NCBI RefSeq assembly: GCF_002831645.1
Contig: NZ_CP025117.1
Span: 563,514 to 627,513 of the forward strand
Length of the DNA stretch: 64,000 nucleotides
DNA from: Olleya sp. Bg11-27
Lineage (GTDB): Bacteria > Bacteroidota > Bacteroidia > Flavobacteriales > Flavobacteriaceae
Direction of reading: 5' to 3'
The notes beneath the pieces were generated by a model. That model saw only the letters and a program-made list of their open reading frames with translations, had not been told where the DNA came from and made no database searches. This document shows, one piece after another, positions 59,327 through 64,000 of this stretch; the stretch's first letter is position 1; every line of letters begins with the position of its first letter. A program made the translations under genes and the position numbers.

Positions 59327-60502
59327 ATGTCAAAAAACACAATTCAAATATTTGATACTACTCTACGTGATGGCGAACAAGTGCCAGGATGTAAGCTAAA
59401 CACCGAGCAAAAAGTAGTCATAGCAAAGCAATTAGACTTACTAGGTGTCAATGTCATAGAAGCAGGCTTTCCCGTCTCAAGTCCTGGCGATTTTAAATCG
59501 GTAGAAGAAATATCAAAGATAGTCAAAAACGCTACCGTTTGCGGCTTAACAAGAGCTGTCGAAAATGATATAAAAATAGCAGCCGAAGCACTAAAACATG
59601 CTAAACACCCAAGAATCCATACAGGTATAGGAACTTCTGACTCACACATACTCCATAAATTTAAATCTAATAAAGACGCCATCATCCAACGTGCTTATGA
59701 CGCTGTAAAATATGCTAAATCTTTTGTTCAAGATGTTGAATTTTATGCTGAAGACGCCGGACGTACCGATAATGAATATCTAGCAAGAGTTTGCGAAGCT
59801 GCAATAAAGGCGGGCGCAACTGTATTAAACATACCAGATACAACAGGCTATTGTCTACCTAGTGAATATGGCGCAAAAATTAAATATCTAAAAGAAAACG
59901 TAAAAGGTATCGAAAATGCCATTTTATCTTGTCATTGCCATAACGACTTAGGATTAGCCACAGCAAACTCTATAGAAGGCGTTATTAATGGCGCAAGACA
60001 AATAGAATGTACCATAAACGGAATTGGAGAACGCGCAGGAAACACCGCTTTAGAAGAAGTGGTAATGGTACTAAAACAACATCCTTACCTAAATTTAGAC
60101 ACTACCATTAAGACCGAAATGCTATACGGACTAAGTCAACTAGTATCTGACAGCATGGGAATTTACACACAGCCAAACAAAGCTATTGTAGGTGCCAATG
60201 CCTTTGCACATAGCTCTGGAATACATCAAGATGGTGTTATTAAAAATCGTGAAACTTACGAAATCATTAATCCAAAAGATGTAGGAGTAACCGAATCAGC
60301 TATCGTATTAACAGCTAGAAGTGGCCGTGCTGCTTTAGCCTATAGAGCTAAAATTGTAGGATACGATTTAACAAAATTACAACTAGACGATGTTTACGCT
60401 AACTTTTTAAGTTTTGCTGATAGAAAAAAAGAGATAAACGATGGCGATATCCATCAAATAATCGAAACTAGTAACGTTTATCAACAAATAATTTCAGCTT
60501 AA
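59327..60502 (+). CDS. leuA: 2-isopropylmalate synthase (short form, no C-terminal regulatory domain)
   Basis: DTTLRDGEQ and [13 protein letters not shown] motifs of the DRE-TIM metallolyase fold. Immediately followed by leuCDB. Confidence 0.85.
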   Translation: MSKNTIQIFDTTLRDGEQVPGCKLNTEQKVVIAKQLDLLGVNVIEAGFPVSSPGDFKSVEEISKIVKNATVCGLTRAVENDIKIAAEALKHAKHPRIHTGIGTSDSHILHKFKSNKDAIIQRAYDAVKYAKSFVQDVEFYAEDAGRTDNEYLARVCEAAIKAGATVLNIPDTTGYCLPSEYGAKIKYLKENVKGIENAILSCHCHNDLGLATANSIEGVINGARQIECTINGIGERAGNTALEEVVMVLKQHPYLNLDTTIKTEMLYGLSQLVSDSMGIYTQPNKAIVGANAFAHSSGIHQDGVIKNRETYEIINPKDVGVTESAIVLTARSGRAALAYRAKIVGYDLTKLQLDDVYANFLSFADRKKEINDGDIHQIIETSNVYQQIISA

Positions 60503-60503
60503 G

Positions 60504-61886
60504 ATGGGAAAAACATTATTTGACAAAGTTTGGGACGCACATGTCGTTGACACCATCAACGATGGCCCACAAGTACTTTATATTGACAAACACTTAATAC
60601 ACGAAGTTACGAGTCCACAAGCTTTTAACGAGTTAGAACGAAGACAAATTCCGGTGTTTCGCCCAGATCAAATTGTAGCCACTGCGGACCATAACACACC
60701 GACTTTAGAGCAACATCTACCAATAAAAGACGAATTATCAAGAAAGCAACTTAAACAACTTTCTGAAAACTGTAAAAAAAACAACATTACACTATACGAA
60801 CTAGGTCATAAATACAATGGAATAGTCCATGTAATGGCTCCGGAATTAGGGATCACGCAACCAGGAATGACTATTGTATGTGGCGACAGTCACACCTCAA
60901 CACATGGCGCTTTCGGAACCATTGCTTTTGGTATCGGAACTAGCCAAGTCTCACAGGTTTTTGCGAGCCAATGCCTATTATTAACCAAACCCAAAAGCCT
61001 GAGAGTATCCGTTAATGGTACACTTAAAAATGGGGTTTTACCTAAAGATGTCATTTTATATATCATCGCTAAACTAGGGACAAACTCGGGCACAGGCTAT
61101 TTCTGTGAATACGCTGGAAATGTCTTTGAAGAGATGTCAATGGAAGGCCGAATGACTGTTTGTAATATGAGTATTGAAATGGGCGCTCGAGGCGGAATGA
61201 TTGCCCCAGACCAAACCACTTTTGACTATGTAAAGGGCAAAGAATTTGCGCCTAAAGGAGAGGCATTTAACAAAAAAGTAGACTATTGGAAAACACTACC
61301 AACAGATACGGATGCCATTTTTGATAAAGAATACAGCTTTGACGCAGAAGATATTGAACCAATGGTAACTTATGGAACAAACCCAGGAATGGGAATAAAA
61401 GTAACCGAAAACATACCTACTTTAAATGATGCTTCTTTCGAGAAGTCTTTACAATACATGGACTTTAAAAAAGGAGAATCTTTAATAAACAAACCTATAA
61501 ACTATGTGTTTATTGGTAGTTGCACAAATTCTAGAATTGAAGATTTTAGAGTTGCAGCAAACTATATAAAAGGAAAACAAAAAGCAAATAACGTTACGGC
61601 TTGGCTAGTACCAGGAAGCAAACAGGTTGAAGCTCAAATAATAGAAGAAGGTTTAAAAACCATTTTTAATGATGCTGGTTTCGAACTTAGACAGCCCGGT
61701 TGCTCTGCTTGCTTAGCCATGAATGATGACAAAATTCCGCAAGGAGAATATTGCGTCTCTACCTCAAATAGAAATTTTGAAGGCAGACAAGGACAAGGCT
61801 CAAGAACTATTTTAGCCAGCCCCTTAGTCGCAGCCGCGACAGCTATTGAAGGCAAGATTGTGGATATAACCAAACAATTAAATTAA
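60504..61886 (+). CDS. leuC: 3-isopropylmalate dehydratase large subunit
   Basis: Aconitase-family Cys ligands (VCGDSHT, GSCTNSR, GCSACL). Confidence 0.9.
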   Translation: MGKTLFDKVWDAHVVDTINDGPQVLYIDKHLIHEVTSPQAFNELERRQIPVFRPDQIVATADHNTPTLEQHLPIKDELSRKQLKQLSENCKKNNITLYELGHKYNGIVHVMAPELGITQPGMTIVCGDSHTSTHGAFGTIAFGIGTSQVSQVFASQCLLLTKPKSLRVSVNGTLKNGVLPKDVILYIIAKLGTNSGTGYFCEYAGNVFEEMSMEGRMTVCNMSIEMGARGGMIAPDQTTFDYVKGKEFAPKGEAFNKKVDYWKTLPTDTDAIFDKEYSFDAEDIEPMVTYGTNPGMGIKVTENIPTLNDASFEKSLQYMDFKKGESLINKPINYVFIGSCTNSRIEDFRVAANYIKGKQKANNVTAWLVPGSKQVEAQIIEEGLKTIFNDAGFELRQPGCSACLAMNDDKIPQGEYCVSTSNRNFEGRQGQGSRTILASPLVAAATAIEGKIVDITKQLN

Positions 61887-61887
61887 G

Positions 61888-62478
61888 ATGGAAAAGTTTA
61901 CAACATTACAATCTCAAGCTATTCCGTTAGCCATAGAAAACATAGATACTGATCAAATTATTCCTGCTCGTTTCTTAAAAGCAACAGACCGTAAAGGATT
62001 TGGTGACAATCTTTTTAAAGATTGGTGCTTTAATAAGGACGGCTCTAAAAATGAATCGTTCTCTTTAAATAACACCAACTATTCCGGAAGCATTTTAGTC
62101 GCTGGCGACAATTTTGGTTGTGGCTCTAGTCGCGAACATGCCGCTTGGGCTTTAAGCGATTATGGTTTTAAAGTTATTGTTTCAAGTTTTTTCGCAGATA
62201 TATTTAAAGGGAACGCGCTAAATAACGGACTATTACCTGTTCAAGTTTCAGCAGAATTTCTAAAAGTACTATTAGACGTCACAACACAAAAACCTGAAAC
62301 GATACTAGAAGTCAATCTTGAAAACCAAACAATATCAGTTAAAGACACCTCCTTTAAAGAAACTTTTGATATCGACGCCTACAAAAAAACATGTATGATT
62401 AATGGCTATGATGATATTGACTACTTACTAAGTAAAAAAGAAACAATTGCAGCTTTTGAAGCTAAAAAAACATACTAA
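61888..62478 (+). CDS. leuD: 3-isopropylmalate dehydratase small subunit
   Basis: Aconitase swivel domain ([13 protein letters not shown]). Confidence 0.9.
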   Translation: MEKFTTLQSQAIPLAIENIDTDQIIPARFLKATDRKGFGDNLFKDWCFNKDGSKNESFSLNNTNYSGSILVAGDNFGCGSSREHAAWALSDYGFKVIVSSFFADIFKGNALNNGLLPVQVSAEFLKVLLDVTTQKPETILEVNLENQTISVKDTSFKETFDIDAYKKTCMINGYDDIDYLLSKKETIAAFEAKKTY

Positions 62479-62489
62479 TCAATTATACT

Positions 62490-63608
62490 ATGAAATTAAA
62501 CATAGCAGTTTTACCTGGAGATGGTATCGGTCCAGAAGTGACCAACCAATCAATAAAAATATTAAAAGCAATTGCTTTAGAATTTGACCATACTTTTTTA
62601 TTTAAAGAAGCCCCCGTTGGCGCCATCGCAATTGATAAAAAAAACAACCCATTACCAGATAGCACATTAGATTTATGTAAGTCTAGCGATGCCATTTTAT
62701 TTGGAGCTATTGGACACCCAAAATACGATAACGACCCTAGTGCAAAAGTCCGCCCAGAACAAGGCTTACTTAAACTTAGAAAAGAACTTGGTCTCTATGC
62801 AAACATAAGACCTGTAAAAGCTTACGAAGTACTGCTAGATAAGTCTCCTCTTAAAAAAGAAATTATAGAAGGGACAGATATTAGTATCTATCGCGAATTA
62901 ACAGGCGGTATTTATTTTGGAGAAAAACACCTAAGCGAAGACGGCAATACAGCGTCAGACTTATGTGAATACTCCAAATACGAAATTGAACGCATTGCCC
63001 ACTTAGCTTTTAAAAATGCGCAAAGTAGAAAGAAAAAAGTAACCCTAGTCGATAAAGCTAATGTTTTAGAAACCTCTCGTCTTTGGAGAAAAGTTGTTAC
63101 AGAACTAGCAAAAGAGTATCCTGATGTAGAATTAGACTTCTTATTTGTAGATAATGCAGCGATGCAAATGATCTTAAACCCAAAGCAATTTGATGTTATT
63201 TTAACTGAAAACCTATTTGGAGACGTCATAAGCGATGAAGCTAGTGTTATTGGAGGATCTATTGGATTATTAGCCTCCGCATCCATTGGAGACAAATACG
63301 CCATGTTCGAGCCTATTCACGGCTCCTATCCACAAGCAACAGGTAAAGGCATAGCAAACCCTATAGCCTCTATACTAAGTGCCGCTATGCTATTAGAACA
63401 TTTTGAACTATACGATGAAGCCAACCTAATTAAAGAAGGTGTTGAAAAATCTTTAAAATTAAAAATAACAACACCAGATCTTAATACTTCTTACGACAAC
63501 ATCTCTACTTCCAAAGTAGGAGATTTTATTGCAGATTTTATCAGTAACCCAAATGATACGAATATTAATTTTAATAATATTCACTTAGGACAATCTACTA
63601 TTATATAA
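62490..63608 (+). CDS. leuB: 3-isopropylmalate dehydrogenase
   Basis: IAVLPGDGIGPEV N-terminus and NLFGDVISD motif. Confidence 0.9.
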   Translation: MKLNIAVLPGDGIGPEVTNQSIKILKAIALEFDHTFLFKEAPVGAIAIDKKNNPLPDSTLDLCKSSDAILFGAIGHPKYDNDPSAKVRPEQGLLKLRKELGLYANIRPVKAYEVLLDKSPLKKEIIEGTDISIYRELTGGIYFGEKHLSEDGNTASDLCEYSKYEIERIAHLAFKNAQSRKKKVTLVDKANVLETSRLWRKVVTELAKEYPDVELDFLFVDNAAMQMILNPKQFDVILTENLFGDVISDEASVIGGSIGLLASASIGDKYAMFEPIHGSYPQATGKGIANPIASILSAAMLLEHFELYDEANLIKEGVEKSLKLKITTPDLNTSYDNISTSKVGDFIADFISNPNDTNINFNNIHLGQSTII

Positions 63609-63630
63609 CAATTATTTGTTAGTCTTTAAA

Positions 63631-63666
63631 GCGCCTGATAACTCAACTTATCAGGCCTTTTTTTTG
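63631..63666 (+). terminator. Rho-independent terminator after leu operon
   Basis: gcctgataa-ctcaac-ttatcaggc hairpin followed by a T-run. Confidence 0.75.
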
Positions 63667-63759
63667 TGATAAAAACAACTTCTACACTTCAGTATATCCA
63701 AAACAAAAAAAACCTCGAAATACAATATCCCGAGGTTTCTTCAACAAAATAACTAAAAC

Positions 63760-64000
63760 CTAATGTTCGTTTAATCTAAAGTCTGGATAAGCATCCATTC
63801 CATGCTCATGAGCATCAAGACCTTCCAACTCTTCTTTTTCAGAAACTCTTATTCCTACCGTTTTCTTCATTATAAAAATAATTAAGAATGAAGAAACAAT
63901 ACATATAGCTGCGTAAGAAGCTACACCAATAAGTTGACTTACAAATTGTGCTCCGCTAGCTAATTTTCCAAATACCCCAACTGCTAATGTCCCCCAAATA
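63760..64000 (-). CDS. amt: Ammonium transporter, C-terminal fragment (gene continues beyond window)
   Basis: Minus-strand frame ends at stop 63760-63762 with ...IRVSEKEELEGLDAHEHGMDAYPDFRLNEH, the typical Amt cytoplasmic C-terminus. Preceded by TM-like hydrophobic sequence. Confidence 0.5.
   Translation of the reverse strand, partial: IWGTLAVGVFGKLASGAQFVSQLIGVASYAAICIVSSFLIIFIMKKTVGIRVSEKEELEGLDAHEHGMDAYPDFRLNEH

Overview
Low-GC Bacteroidota (Flavobacteriia-like) chromosome segment; two secreted proteins carry T9SS C-terminal sorting domains. Most of the window is housekeeping: rsmI, tdk, alr, mscL, asd, a prolyl oligopeptidase, an RND efflux operon, accBC-fabH-rpmF-yceD-pdxA, ribE and leuABCD. 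A phenolic-lipid-type biosynthetic cluster spans 34.4-41.7 kb: type III PKS with O-methyltransferase, flavoprotein, KS/KR/DH/ACP and PPTase. It is interrupted by a family of ~115-bp palindromic MITE-like repeats and a small GIY-YIG nuclease gene. The stand-out region is ~23.1-34.5 kb, an apparently undescribed RNA-repair/ribosome-rescue island. A WYL regulator (HTH-WYL-WCX) is fused to a PhyH-type Fe/2OG dioxygenase domain. A 19-bp palindromic operator, TACGCAA-N5-TTGCGTA, plus a shared promoter module occurs three times. An operon encodes a basic 229-aa protein, RtcB, an Lnu/ANT(2'')-like nucleotidyltransferase wedged between RtcB and PrfH, and a Lys-tailed TPR protein. Downstream lie a regulated small ORF, then an array of tRNA-like elements: a type-II cloverleaf with a non-canonical AUA anticodon and split tRNA halves. 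After that come an SPFH/band-7 protein and a second RtcB paralog. No rRNA, CRISPR array, integrase or transposase was seen. Everything is read from sequence and motif memory only; no searches were run.
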